A stretch of 61,990 nt of DNA from a virus (taxonomy: Duplodnaviria; Caudoviricetes), in the IMG/VR virus record IMGVR_UViG_3300042868_003570, positions 1-61,990 of that record; one strand, written 5' to 3'. The notes under the pieces are model-generated. The model had not been told where the DNA came from, searched no databases, and was given only the letters and a program-made list of their open reading frames with translations. Below, in pieces: positions 10,410-22,800 of the stretch. Each line of letters opens with the position of its first letter. Position 1 is the stretch's first letter. The translations under genes and the position numbers were made by a program.

Positions 10410-12145
10410 ACTTGCTTAAATGGCTCTTCAGCCCCGAGTGGTTTATCTTCCGCATGGACGGCGGCGGGGGTGGAGGCGGCGCACCAGCTACGCAGACACA
10501 AATCTCGGATGTGCCAGATTGGGCCAAGCCGTACGCCAAAGAAATTCTTGGCAGAACAAGTGCGCTGACCGACATCAATAAAAACCCATACCAGCAGTAC
10601 GGGGGCGAGCGGACTGCGCAGTTTTCTCCTCTGCAGGAAAAAGCGTTTTCAAGCGTTGGCAACATGCAAGTCCCCGGCCAGACCGGGGAAGCGTCAAACA
10701 TTACCCAGCAAGCAGCGTACCGGGCGTTGAACTCGCAGTACCAGCCAGGGAATTTTCAAAACCAGTACCAAGCACCCACGCAGTACCGGCCCGAGCAGTT
10801 CAGCTACATGGGCATCAATGCGCCCGAGCTGCAGCAGTACCAGATGGGGCCTGCGCAGCAAGTGCGAGGCGGGCAATATGCCGCCCCTGAGATGCGTGCT
10901 GCGCAGACGGACTACAACCCCAATCTGCAGCAGTACCAGATGGGGCCTGCCGAGCGTGCCAGCACACAGAGCTTCACCCAACCCGGCAGCGCAGAAGCCT
11001 ATATGGACCCGTTTATGCAGAGCGTGGTTGCTAAGCAGACCCGCGAAGCCGAGCGCCAGTCAGCGCTTACCGGGCGGCAGCAGCGAGCGCAAGCTATCCA
11101 ACGGGGCTCCTTTGGCGGGGGGCGCACGGCAGTCACAGAGGCCGCGCAGGCGCGTGATCTTGCGCAGCTCAAGAGCGACATCTACGGCACCGGCCAGCAA
11201 GCGGCATTTCAAAACGCGCAGCAGCAGTTCAACACCGAGCAGCAGGCTCGGATGCAGGCGCAGCTTGCCAACCAGCAGGCAGGACTTACTGTCGGCGGGC
11301 AAAACCTCGCGGCCAAGCTCGGCATCCAGCAGTTGGGCACGCAGACAGGGGCGCAGACAGCGCTTGCCAACCTGTCCTCGCAGCAGCAAGCTAACGTCCA
11401 AAATCAAGCAGCGCAGCTTCAGACGCAGGGGCTTACCGCAAACCAAGCCATGCAGGCGGCACTTGCCAATCAGCAAGCGGGCTTGACCACAGGGCAGCAA
11501 AATCTTGCCGCGCAGCTTGGTGTCCAGCAGCTAGGTTCCGGGCAGAACATGCAGGCGCAGCTTGCCGAGCAGCAGGCATATCAGAACATGCTTCAGCAAC
11601 GCGAAGCATCGCGTCAGTTTGGCTACGGCCAAGACATGAACGCCGCTGGGCAACGCGCTCAGTACGGCCAGTCCGCGCAGCAGCTCGGTGAGCAGTCGCG
11701 TCAGTACGGCGCTGGCTACGGTCTCCAAGGGCTGCAGGCGGCGACACAGGGTGCCGGGCAACTGGGCAATCTGGGGCAGCAACAGTTTGGCCAGCAAAGA
11801 GACATCGCTGGGATGCAGGGGCAGTATGGCTCGCAGCAGCAACAGCAGCGCCAGCAGTTGCTCAACCAGCAGTACCAAGACTTCCTCAACCAAGAGCGCT
11901 ATCCGTACCAGCAGATGGAGTACATGTCGGGCATGATGCGCGGCACGCCGATGGGCACGGTGAACACGATGTACCAAGCCCCACCCAGCGCACTGTCTCA
12001 GGTGGCAGGTCTTGGCGTTGCAGGAGCAGGCGCATACGGCTTGATGAACCGCAAAAAAGGCGGTGCGATCAAGGACAAGGACAAGGACAAAGCCAAGACA
12101 CGCGCAGGTCTGAACGAGCTGGCACTTATGAAGATGGGGGCTTGA
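10406..12145 (+). CDS. Gln-rich internal virion (ejection) protein
   Basis: PYQQYGGERTA, YMDPF, GSFGGGR, ANQQAGL repeats, YPYQQ. Confidence 0.75.
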   Translation: MNLLKWLFSPEWFIFRMDGGGGGGGAPATQTQISDVPDWAKPYAKEILGRTSALTDINKNPYQQYGGERTAQFSPLQEKAFSSVGNMQVPGQTGEASNITQQAAYRALNSQYQPGNFQNQYQAPTQYRPEQFSYMGINAPELQQYQMGPAQQVRGGQYAAPEMRAAQTDYNPNLQQYQMGPAERASTQSFTQPGSAEAYMDPFMQSVVAKQTREAERQSALTGRQQRAQAIQRGSFGGGRTAVTEAAQARDLAQLKSDIYGTGQQAAFQNAQQQFNTEQQARMQAQLANQQAGLTVGGQNLAAKLGIQQLGTQTGAQTALANLSSQQQANVQNQAAQLQTQGLTANQAMQAALANQQAGLTTGQQNLAAQLGVQQLGSGQNMQAQLAEQQAYQNMLQQREASRQFGYGQDMNAAGQRAQYGQSAQQLGEQSRQYGAGYGLQGLQAATQGAGQLGNLGQQQFGQQRDIAGMQGQYGSQQQQQRQQLLNQQYQDFLNQERYPYQQMEYMSGMMRGTPMGTVNTMYQAPPSALSQVAGLGVAGAGAYGLMNRKKGGAIKDKDKDKAKTRAGLNELALMKMGA

Positions 12146-12146
12146 G

Positions 12147-13856
12147 ATGATTAACGTCAACCAGATGACCTCGCAGCTTGCGCGGATGCCCGACCAAGCG
12201 TTGCAGCAGTACGCGCAGATGCACAAGAACGACCCGTACATCATGGCGCTGGCCATGTCGGAGTCCAACCGCCGCAAGAGTATGCGCACGGGTGCGCAGA
12301 TGAACGCGCCTGAAGAGCCCAAAGTTGTTGACCAAGCCATACAAAGCATGGCTTCTCCCATGCCCGAGGACGTCGGCATTGGCCAGCTCCCAGCAGGCGA
12401 GATGAATTTTGCTGGTGGTGGCATTGTGGCGTTCTCTGACGGCGGCGATGTGCCGAGGTATCAGGACCGGGGGCTGGTGCAAAGCTACGACCCGGAAGAA
12501 ATTAAAAAATTTGCCGAGCGCCGTTTAAAAATGGAGCAGGCGCGGGCAGCACTTAGCGCAGCGCCACCCGGCGCTGCAGCGGCCCCCGGCAGCCCCGGTT
12601 TTATGCAGTATCTGAAAGACACGCTGTCTCGTTTACGACCTGCAGGATTAGCCGGGTACGGTTTTGGTTTACATCACGGTAGCCTGAACGAGAATGAAGA
12701 AGCGGAGCTGCGCAAACGCCGTGAAATGGGCGCTACCATAGACACGCCGTCAGCAGTAGATCGCTTGAGTCCCGGCGACATGGCACTGCGCCAACAACCC
12801 GTACCGCTTGCACCTCCCGCACCTCCCCCTACCGCGTCCGGCCCCGGTGCTGGTGGCCCACGCCCCCTTGCTGCCGCAGCAGCAAAGCCCCCCGTAGACT
12901 CCGGCGCTGCTGCAACACCCCCACAAGGCGGTTTGCCTGATTTACAAAAAAAGTATGAAGAAATTCTGGCCAAGCAAAAGTACGAAGACCCAGCAAAAGC
13001 CAACTTGAGTGCGCTAACTGCCAAAGAGACTGCTGCCGCCCAAGACGAAAAAGCCGCGCTGGAGCGGGATCAGGCGCGTTTTGCTGAAGTGTTTAAGGGT
13101 CGCGAAGGGCGTATAGGTAAACGCGAAGCGGACATCAGCACGCAAAAAGACACCAACACCAGCTTGGCGCTGCTCAATGCGGGTTTTGCCATTATGTCTA
13201 CGCCCGGAGGGCTGGCTACTGCGTTGGGCAAAGGCGCTCAAGTAGGCACTGCGCAGTTTGCGGCAGGGCTGGACAAAATTCGCTCGGCGCAAGAGAAAAT
13301 AGACGATGCGCGTGACCGCCTTGAAGAACTGCGGCTTAACCGCGACGAGATGGGTGCCAAAGAAATTCGGGCAGCGGAAAGCAAAATTCGCAACGTCGGA
13401 GTTGAAGCTGAGAAACGCGTGATTGATGGTTTGCGGCAAGCTGGGCAAATTAACCGGGAAGCTGCCAAGACTGTTTTCACATCAACGGCGCAGCAGGGAA
13501 TTGCACAACTTGAAATTAGCGGACGAGAAAAAGTTGCAAATATTGGGCGTGAAGGCCAGATGGCCCAAGCGGCAGCAACTCGCGACAACGCTGCGGCTAC
13601 CCGTGCTCTGGCGGATAACGCTCGCATGGCCGCATTGGCGGAAAGCGTCCGCAAGAACATTGCAGACGAAGCGGTTAAGCGGTTTCCGTACAGCACAACC
13701 GACCAAGCAACCTACCAGCAACAGGCCATGCAAGCGGCTTTACGTAGCAACCCCGGTCTGTCACAATACTTGGGCGTTGCCGGGGGCGGCAACGCACCGT
13801 CTAAAGCCGACTTGCGGTTCAATGACAAGACGGGACAATTTGAACCAATGAGGTAA
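12147..13856 (+). CDS. Internal virion (ejection) protein, coiled-coil
   Basis: 569 aa; FAGGGIVAFSDGG motif; position between ejection genes. Confidence 0.7.
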   Translation: MINVNQMTSQLARMPDQALQQYAQMHKNDPYIMALAMSESNRRKSMRTGAQMNAPEEPKVVDQAIQSMASPMPEDVGIGQLPAGEMNFAGGGIVAFSDGGDVPRYQDRGLVQSYDPEEIKKFAERRLKMEQARAALSAAPPGAAAAPGSPGFMQYLKDTLSRLRPAGLAGYGFGLHHGSLNENEEAELRKRREMGATIDTPSAVDRLSPGDMALRQQPVPLAPPAPPPTASGPGAGGPRPLAAAAAKPPVDSGAAATPPQGGLPDLQKKYEEILAKQKYEDPAKANLSALTAKETAAAQDEKAALERDQARFAEVFKGREGRIGKREADISTQKDTNTSLALLNAGFAIMSTPGGLATALGKGAQVGTAQFAAGLDKIRSAQEKIDDARDRLEELRLNRDEMGAKEIRAAESKIRNVGVEAEKRVIDGLRQAGQINREAAKTVFTSTAQQGIAQLEISGREKVANIGREGQMAQAAATRDNAAATRALADNARMAALAESVRKNIADEAVKRFPYSTTDQATYQQQAMQAALRSNPGLSQYLGVAGGGNAPSKADLRFNDKTGQFEPMR

Positions 13857-13859
13857 AAC

Positions 13860-16800
13860 ATGACGTATACCGTTGCTCTTCCAGATGGCCGCACTGTTGA
13901 ATTTCCAGACAGCGTACCAAAAGAAAGGGCAGCGGAACTGTTGCGGCAACAGTTTCCAGCACCAGAAGCCAAAGCCGCTGGTTTCTCGGTTAGCGACATC
14001 TTCACTTCTCTGGGGTTAGGAGCGCTTGGCGGCACTAAAGCCCTGACTGACGTTGCTGGTGCAGGCAACGTCGTTTCTGAAAAACTGGGACAAGCAAGCG
14101 AGTCCCTCCAGCAACGCCTGTCCCCTGAGCGACAAGCCGAAATCAGACGCCAGCAAGAACGCGCTGAGAAGGCCGCAACCAGCGGCAGCACACTTGAAGA
14201 GATTAAAGCTGGCGCACAAAGCGTTTTTGAAGCCCCGCTCCAGTCCACAGCGCAGGCACTGGGCTCCTTTGCCCCCATCCTTGCCACTCTGTTCCTTGGC
14301 CCCGGCGCTGCCGCGCTAGGTCTTGGCGCTAGGGCCACTGCCGTAGCCACCAACATTGCCAAAGCAGCGCCCGTTGCAATCGGTACCGCGCAGGGAGCCG
14401 GTGCAGTCAAAGGCGCTATCTACGAGGGCGTCTACAAAGCAGAGCGCAAAGACGGCGTATCTGAAGACGAGGCGAAGGAAAAAGCCACCGCAGCGCAGGA
14501 CTATTTTGGCCAGAACATCGACCAGATTCTGGTGGGCGCTGGCGCAGGTTATGTCTCAGGCAGGTTTGGTGCGGAGCGCCTGCTTACTCCCGGCGCTGCC
14601 GCTAAAGCTGAAGGCTCGATGCTGGGCCGTGTTGGCACGGCGTTGGCAACAGATGTGCCAACCGAAGCCTTTCAAGGCGGTCAGGAACAGTTTGCACAGA
14701 ACCTTGCGCTGCAGCGCGAAGGACGCGATGTACCCCTCTTCCAAGGGGTGGCTGCACAAGCCACGCAAGAAGGTCTCATGGGGGCACTGGGGTCAGGCCC
14801 CATCGCGGCTATACGCGGCCCCGGAGATGCCCGCCTGCGGGAAGAGCAAGATCGCCGAGCCGCAGAGTCCGCACAACTGCAAGCGCAAGCTGACGCCCAG
14901 CGTGCCGAGCAAGAGGCGTTTAAACAGACGCCTGAGTACCTTGATGACATTGAAAAACGGTTTGCGCAAATAAAAGCGCAGGAGAAGCAACTCAAAGACG
15001 CCGTTCCGGCAAGGGCTGACAAAGACGATCTGCTGGCTGTTGAAGAACGCCGCAGGGCAGTCGAGGCGCTCAATGAGTTTAAAAAGAGCGACGAGTACGT
15101 CAACACCATTGACGAGTACACGCAGGCGTACGACCAACTTCGCCCTCGCGCACAAGAGCGCAAAGCGGCAGAGGTTGAGAAGCAGCGTGTTGAGCGTGTG
15201 CAAGCTGCCCCTGAAGGAACTCAGCTTGACCTAGCAGGAGAACCGGGCGCGGCGCAGGACATGTCGCAGCAAGGGCAGGTCGAGTCTCTTAAACAATACA
15301 TTGCATCTTTCGACAAGCAGATCAAACAAGCGCAGGCGGCAGGCGACCGGAATCAAGTGCTGGCGTTGCAAAACAAGCAGTACGAGGCACAGCAGCAACT
15401 TGCCACTATCGCCATCTCTGAATCGCTGCCGGAGCAGATCAAGTCACTTTCGCAGGACTTTGGCGGTTTTACTGAAAAAATTAAGCAGGCTGCGGGCGAT
15501 GAGGAACAGGTGCGCAAGCTGCTGGTTGAGCAGTACAAGGTGCAGCAGCAGATCACATCGCTGTTGCCTGACGCGTCGATGCTGGACGAGGCTAAGGCGT
15601 TGGCCCAGCGCAATCTAGAAAATTACCAGACGCAAATTCAAACGCTTACAGAGCAGCCTAATAAAAAACCTGAGCAGTACCGCCAGCTTGAGCAGCTTAG
15701 CAACACCGCCAATCAGGTTCGACAGGCAATTGCGGGCATTGAGTCCACGCAAAAAACGGTTGAACAGTACGCGCCCGTCGAGAAGCAAAAAGCTATTGAC
15801 AAGCCGCGAGAGATAGCCAAACTCAATAAAAAACTGGAAGATCAAGCCGCGCTGGGTGAAGACATCGGCCCAACGCTGGAAAAACTCCGGGCGCTGGATA
15901 CCGTTGCAGAGCAGCCAGCCCTGTTCGGTGATGAAGACCTGCGGGATGTAGTTCCTCGTGACTTAGGCGACATCATGGCCGACGAACGCGAGCGTGTTAA
16001 AGCCTTGCGAGAAAAGCTTGACGCCGAGCGTGCCTCCTTGCAGCGCATGGCTGCGACACCGCAGACGCAGCTCACGGAAGAAGTGCAGCGCAGAAAGAAA
16101 GAGCTTACTGAAGAGGCGCGAAAGACGGCTCAAGAACTTCAGCAACGCAACAAAGACCTGTACGAGTTTGAGAAGAAGCAGACGCTGCTCGACAAGCTGC
16201 GTAAAGAAAAACGTACGCCGCTGGTTGCCCAAGGCATTGAGGCCATTCAGCAGCAGATCGCTGCGTTGCAGAAAAAACTACAAGCGCAAGAACCCAAGGT
16301 CCGCGTACAGCAGCCACGAACCAAGCTGCCTGAAGCCGCCCCTGAAGGGGAGTTTGCACCTCGCGTAACTGACGCTCAACTTACTGAGCAGCGCGACCGC
16401 GACATTGCGGCGCTGTTGGACAAGTTCTTGCCCGGTGCACTGGGCGTAACACCCACGCTAGAGGTACTGAAAGTGCAGGGGCCGGAGGGTCCGCGTGAAG
16501 TAAGACTGACCACGCTGGGTAGCACAAGCAGCAAAGCTTTGCGCCAAGAACTGGAAAACGTAAACCGCCGCCGTGATGACGCTGTTGTGGAGTTGTTTGA
16601 CTCTAGAGGCCCAACGGCTAACGCGTTGCGCAGCGAAATCGTCATGTTGGTCACGCGTGAGGTGGAGCTAAACCGTCAACTGAGCAAACTTGACCCGCTC
16701 AGTAATGAGTACCGAAAAGACTTGCAGTCGCTTGTTCGGCAGACGTTTACGCGCCCCAGCGCCATACCCAAAAACCGCACACCAAACCTTGCGGAACAGC

Positions 16801-19800
16801 AGTACCTTGACGCCGTTGACAACATGCAGCGCGTTGAAGACGCCACGCTGGACGACATTTATGCAATGAACAAGCTGGCGTATAACGCTAGGCAGCGTGG
16901 GGTTGTAGATATAACCGCTTTGGTGCAGAACAACCCCGTCATGCAAGCGGGGCGGGATGCTGAAGCGCGTTTGTCCGCCGCCCAAAAGCGTGTTGATGAA
17001 GCGGCTAAAAGAATGCCGCAACTGCCGGACCTCACTGAGCAGGCGCTTGAAGACAAGATTGACACGCTTGCGGCGGAGTTTTCTGAGGGCACACCCCAGC
17101 AACTCTCAACCGCAACTAAAGCACGGCGTGTGCCAGCCGCCGTGCGGCCCCCGGCTTTGTTGGGCGTGGACATCCCTGCACAAATTGCAGCCAATAACCG
17201 GCAGATTGAGCAGCTCAACAAAGACATTCAGTACGCGGGTAAACCGTCAGGTGCTGAGAAAGTGGCAGCGCTCAATAAGATGAAGGCGGAGCGTGACCAG
17301 CGCCGGGAAGAGAACCAACGGCTTGACGCACAACTGACAACAATACGCGGCAAACTAGGACAAGCCGCAGAGCCCGCAGCGCCCGCAGAAGAAATTGGTG
17401 AAGTTGCCGAGATGCGGCAAGAGCTTGCCACCATTGAGCGCACGCTTGCATCAGATAAAAAAGAACTTAAACAACTGCAAGAGCAGTTGCAAGAACAGCA
17501 GAAAAAAGAACAAACGCCCAAAATTCAAGAAGAAGTTGCCACTTTGGGGCGGCGGATAAAACAATTTGAGGCTAGAGCCAACATCACGCGTCAGCTTGAG
17601 GCTGCACGCGATGACCTTAAAGAACGGCTTCAGGCGCAGGGGGCAAAACCTGTAGAAACGCCTAGCACAGAAGAACAGTTGGGGTTTAGGACAGGCCCCG
17701 CGTCAAAATTTCAGTTAACAGAACTCAAACCTGTTACCGCAGAAATGACCAAAGCGCGTACCGCTATTGTTGCGGCTACGCAGCGCATTGAGGACATACA
17801 CAAAGCCGCAGGTCGTGTTAGCGACATGGGCGAGCAGTACTTCCGCGAAGTTGCAACGACGTACCAGCTACAACTGGACAAAGACAACAATGCGCTGAAC
17901 AACATTAAAGCCGCCATTGCACGCGTGTTGAAAGGACAGGAGGAAGCGCAGCTTGCCATCAACGCCGCACGTACACCTGAACAAAAGGCAACTGCGGTCA
18001 AAAACTTAGACGAGCTGCGGCAGCGAGAAGTCGACCTCAAAGATTTGCAAACGGTGCGCGAGCGCCGAAAAGCAGGGATGCGTGAAGCCATTGCCGAAGT
18101 GCAGCGGTTTCTGAATCTGTCGCGGTTGGCGGGCGTAAACAAAACCACCAGCCTGCGCGAAAGCCTTGCCCAAGCACTTGACCGCGCTTTGGCAGATAGG
18201 GAGAAAAAAGAAGCCGCGCTTGCAGAATTGCAGAAAAAGCAACGCATGTACGAGCAGCAAGAGGCTGCTAGGCGCGGGATCGACCTCGGCGAAGCTGAAG
18301 CTGAGAAGATTACTGCGGGTGAGGCTGAAGGGTTTGTGTCGGTGTCTGGTAAAGCACTGGGCGAGAAACCTAAAGCACAACGCAGCGGGGTCATCAGCAA
18401 AGACAGCAAAGTCAAGGTCATCAAACCTGACCAAAGCAAGAAGTTGGAAGAGGCTATTCAAACTGCTGCGGCTTTGGTTGGCGAAGCTCGGCGCGAGAAA
18501 GAGACCGCCAAGGAAGCATTGCAAGCGCAAACGCCTTCCGCAGAGCGCTTGGCTTCGCTTAAACAAGCACTCACAGCGCTTGAAAAGCAGGTCAACGCAC
18601 ATTACAACGCGACACAGATTGCAGAACTTCAAGCCGAGATTGGGCAGTTGCAAGCGCGGTTGGCGGCGCTTCCCGTTGCACCGGCAATTGCTGACGTAGC
18701 TGAGCAATACAACAAGGCCAGCACTGCCACAAAGGGTTTACCCGCACCAGAGCGCGTTGCGCAGTTGATGTTTGATAAAAGCAGCGCTGAACAAAAAGCC
18801 GCCGCGCAGTTCAAGGCCGCTGAGCAAGCCGTTGCTGCTGCCCAAGCCAAGTACGCCGCCGCCGGAAAAGCGCTGAGTCAGGCTGAGAAAAAAGTTGCGA
18901 AGACGCTACCTCAAGGGTTTAAGGTACGAAATCCGCAGAGACTTCAGGGCATCAAGCTGCAGATCAGCAATTTGCTTGCTTCCGCACCAAAACTGCGTGA
19001 TGACATTCAAAACGCTTTGTACGCGCAGAGCGAGGCAGAGAAGAACTACATGGCAGCTCGCCTTGAGCGGCTGCTGCTTAACCAGCAGATGGGCGAACAT
19101 GCCAAGCGTGATGCTGCCAGCATCACGGCACAGTTGGCAAGCGCTGCCGACGCCGTTGCAAACCTGCAGAAACAACTGAGCACCGCAACTGCCAATGAAG
19201 TTGCAATGCGAAGCAAGCTCGACAAGAGCAGCGCAGCGTTGGAAAAAGCCCTGGACGACGCAGAGATTGCACGGCAAGCCGCACGCAACGCAGAGCGTTT
19301 GGCGCAGGAGCAAGCGCAGACATCTGCACTGGATGCCGCCAAAGACGCGCAAGACCGCGCTGATGCTTTACGCACAGGGCTTGGGTTGCCCGGCAGGCGC
19401 GTCGAGCGCGACACCGCAGGCAAGGTGATGACGGCGGTTCAAGCTGACATTCGTCAGCGCATGGCTGCGGCAGAGACCAACCTGTCCAAAGCAATCAAGG
19501 CAGGCAACCCAGACGCTATCAGGAAGTACACCGCCGAAGTTGAAGCCACGACTAGAGAGCTGGCGCAGGTGTACAGCAAAGCCCCGCTTACTGTTTCCGA
19601 GGTCGGTGCTGCAGCGCAAGCACGCAAACGCTCCGCAGGGCTTACCGCTAAACAAAAAGAAAAAACGCTGGAGAGCGTACAAAAAGAACTGGACGAGGCG
19701 GTCATCGAATTGCGCGATGCAACTAATCGTAACGACACCGCAGCGATTAAAGCAGCGGACGCTAAAGTTGAAGAACTGATTACGCTGCGCGATGCGTACG

Positions 19801-22800
19801 CAGTTCAAACGGCAGCACAACCAGAAGTTGTCGAGGGTGTGCGCTCGACTTCACGCCGGGAAGGTCCGGCTGTTCGTTATGTTCGTGGCGGCAGCAAAGC
19901 CATCATGCAGGCTGGCGCGGTCAAGTTGCGTGCGGCAGGCATGTCGCAAGACGCGGCCAATGCGGTCAGTTTGTACGTGGCCAAGAGCAGAATCCGTGGC
20001 GCTAAAGACACGGCAAAAGTGGAAGAGCTGACGCAAGCCTTTGACGCGCTCACTGATGGCATGACCGAAGAGCAGATCAAAGCCGCAGTTGCAGAAGGCA
20101 AGCGCCTCATGGGCCTCGGCCCCACTGCTGAACTTATAGCCAAGCGTGTAACGTACCAAGAGGCGTTGGCAAACGTCAGTAAAGCAGAGCAGGACTTGCG
20201 CGAAGCCAAATCCAATGTGACCAAAGAACTTGCGCAAGATGCGTTGGATTTGGCAAAACAGCGCGTAGAGTCTGCTTCCAACTCGTACGACCAAGCCAAG
20301 GCGCTGTACGAAACGTCGCAAATCAGGACCGCCAAGAAAGCCGAGAAGGACGCGGTCGAGGCGCTGTTTGATGAGACAGAGATTGCGCAGGACACGAAAG
20401 GTGCCAAGCTCGGCAAGGGCGCAGGTCGTACCGCAGCGGCGATTGAGGGGAGCGTGTTCCGTACCACTGACACCGCTGGACCCGGCATGAAAGCGCAACG
20501 TGTCCGTGACGTAGCGCTTAAAGTTGCGTCTGAGTGGTCTGTTGTGCCGGACATTTTTGTTGTAGAAGACATTGACGGGTTGCCAGAGAACATCCGGGAG
20601 CAGGCAATAAAAGCAGGTGTTGCCGACAACATTCCGGGCGTGTACGACCCAGCAACCAAGACTGCTTATCTGGTTGCTAGCAACCTTAAAACAACTGAAG
20701 ATGTGTTGTTGACCCTTGCGCACGAGGTAGCCGGTCACTTTGGTTTGCGAGAAGTTTTGGGTAGTTCGTACGCACGCACTATGCAAAAGCTGTATGCGGG
20801 CAACAAACTTGTGCGTGACCGTGCCAACGAGAAGATGCAGGCGCAAAAGTTTCTTGACCAGAATACGGCGGTGGAAGAGGTGCTGGCGGATATGGCTGAG
20901 ACGGGGGCGTCACCACAAGAGCGCAATCTTTTGCAACGCGTGTATGACTTTGTCAAGCGCTGGCTCAAGGACACGTTTCCAAGCTTGAAAATTGACCGCG
21001 TTACTGACAACGATGTGCGGCAGGTTGTGGCCAACGCTCGGCGCTATGTGACCAACGCAGACAAGTCTTTGCTGGAAGGCGGCGCTGCTGCTACCAGCGG
21101 CGTGGTCTATCGCACAGCGCCCGAGTCCTCCATCGTTGGGCGTCCTGCCGGTACGCTGGCTACGCTGCACGGCAACTTCTTCGGTCTGGCGGGGCGTGTG
21201 CAGCTCGTTGACAGGCTGGCGGCGGCAGACAAGGCGTTTGTCGAGGGCCAGAAGGACGGGAAGCTGTCATCGCTGGAGGCGGAGAACGCGCAGTATTTCT
21301 TGCGTATGGGCGACATGACAACGCAAGCTGCGGGGCAGTTCATTACCAACGGGCCTGTGCGTATCATCAAAGACCGCATCGCTGATCGCGTGGAAGAGCG
21401 CTACGAGTCACAGAGCGGCGCAACACTTGTTCGCGTGACGGACTACATGGAGCGTGCAGGTCAAGAAGGGCTGGGCTCAGCGCAAGAGGTTGAGACGCTG
21501 CTCACCGTCAAGATTGCCGGTGATCGCGCCAACACCATCCCTCGTGGCTGGGAGCGCCTGTTCTCAGAGAACCCCGCAAAAGCCAAGGCCGAGTACGACG
21601 CCGCTGTTGCCAAGATCAACGCTAACCCTGCAGCCAAGAAGTTCATGGACGCAGCAGCCGTAGAGTACAAGGCGTACAACGACGGGCTGATGGATTTTGC
21701 CGAGCAGACCGGGTTCATCACGACAGAGGACGCTCGCCGCTTGAAGAAGACACCGTACGTGCCTTACTACCGAATTGATGGCGGCGTGGTCAAACTGTTT
21801 GTGGACCGTGAGACCCCGCTGGTCATTGGCAACATCAAAGACAACCCTGACTTGCAGCAACTGCTTGGCGACAACAAGCAGATCATGCCGCTGCTGACCA
21901 GCGCTGTGCAGAACACTTTCATGCTGACTCGCATGGGGCTGCGCAACAAGGCTACGCAAGAGACAGCGTCGGCACTGGAGAAGGCCGGGTTCGTGTCCAA
22001 GATGGGTGAAGGCATGGGGCTGGCCAACGTCGATACTGTGCACTACAAGTACAAGGGCAAGCCGTACTTTGCAACCATTGACGCAGATCAGTTTGGCATC
22101 CCCGCAGACCTGATCGTCAAGGGCATGGAGGGTATCAAGACAACGATCCCTGACATCGTGCGGTTGATGGGTGTACCGGCGAACTGGATTCGCACATTCG
22201 TGACGCGTTCCCCCGCGTACGTGCTGCGGCAGTTGATCCGTGACCCATTGAGCGCGGCTATTACCGGCGGTGTGGACGGCGTGCCTGTGCTCAACGCAAT
22301 GAAGCAGCTTGCCAAGATGAAAGCGGGCACAAACACTTCAGCCGACGCCTTGATGCGCGGCCTGACTGTGAGCAGCAACATCTACACCGGCAACGAGCAG
22401 GACATGCAAAAGTTCCTTGAGGCTGCGTCTGGTGGGCGCGGGAAGTGGAGCAAACTGATGGGCGTGTTTGACCAACTGGCGCTGGAGTCGGATGCGGCCA
22501 CGCGTACTGTTGTGTACGAGGACTCGTTGAAAAAGGGGTTGTCCGAGCGGCAAGCGCAGTTCCGCGCACTGGAGGTGCAGAACTTTGGACGCCGGGGCTT
22601 GTCGCCCAGCGTGCAGTACATGGCTACGCTGGTGCCGTTCTTTAACGCGCAGATTCAGGGTCTTGATGTGCTGTACCGCAGCTTCCGTGGCGACATGCCG
22701 TTCTCCGAGAAGCTGGAGATTCGCAAGAAGATTGTGTCTCGCGGCTTGCTGTTGACGGCTACCGCGCTGGGGTACGCGTTCATGATGCGTGACAACGAGG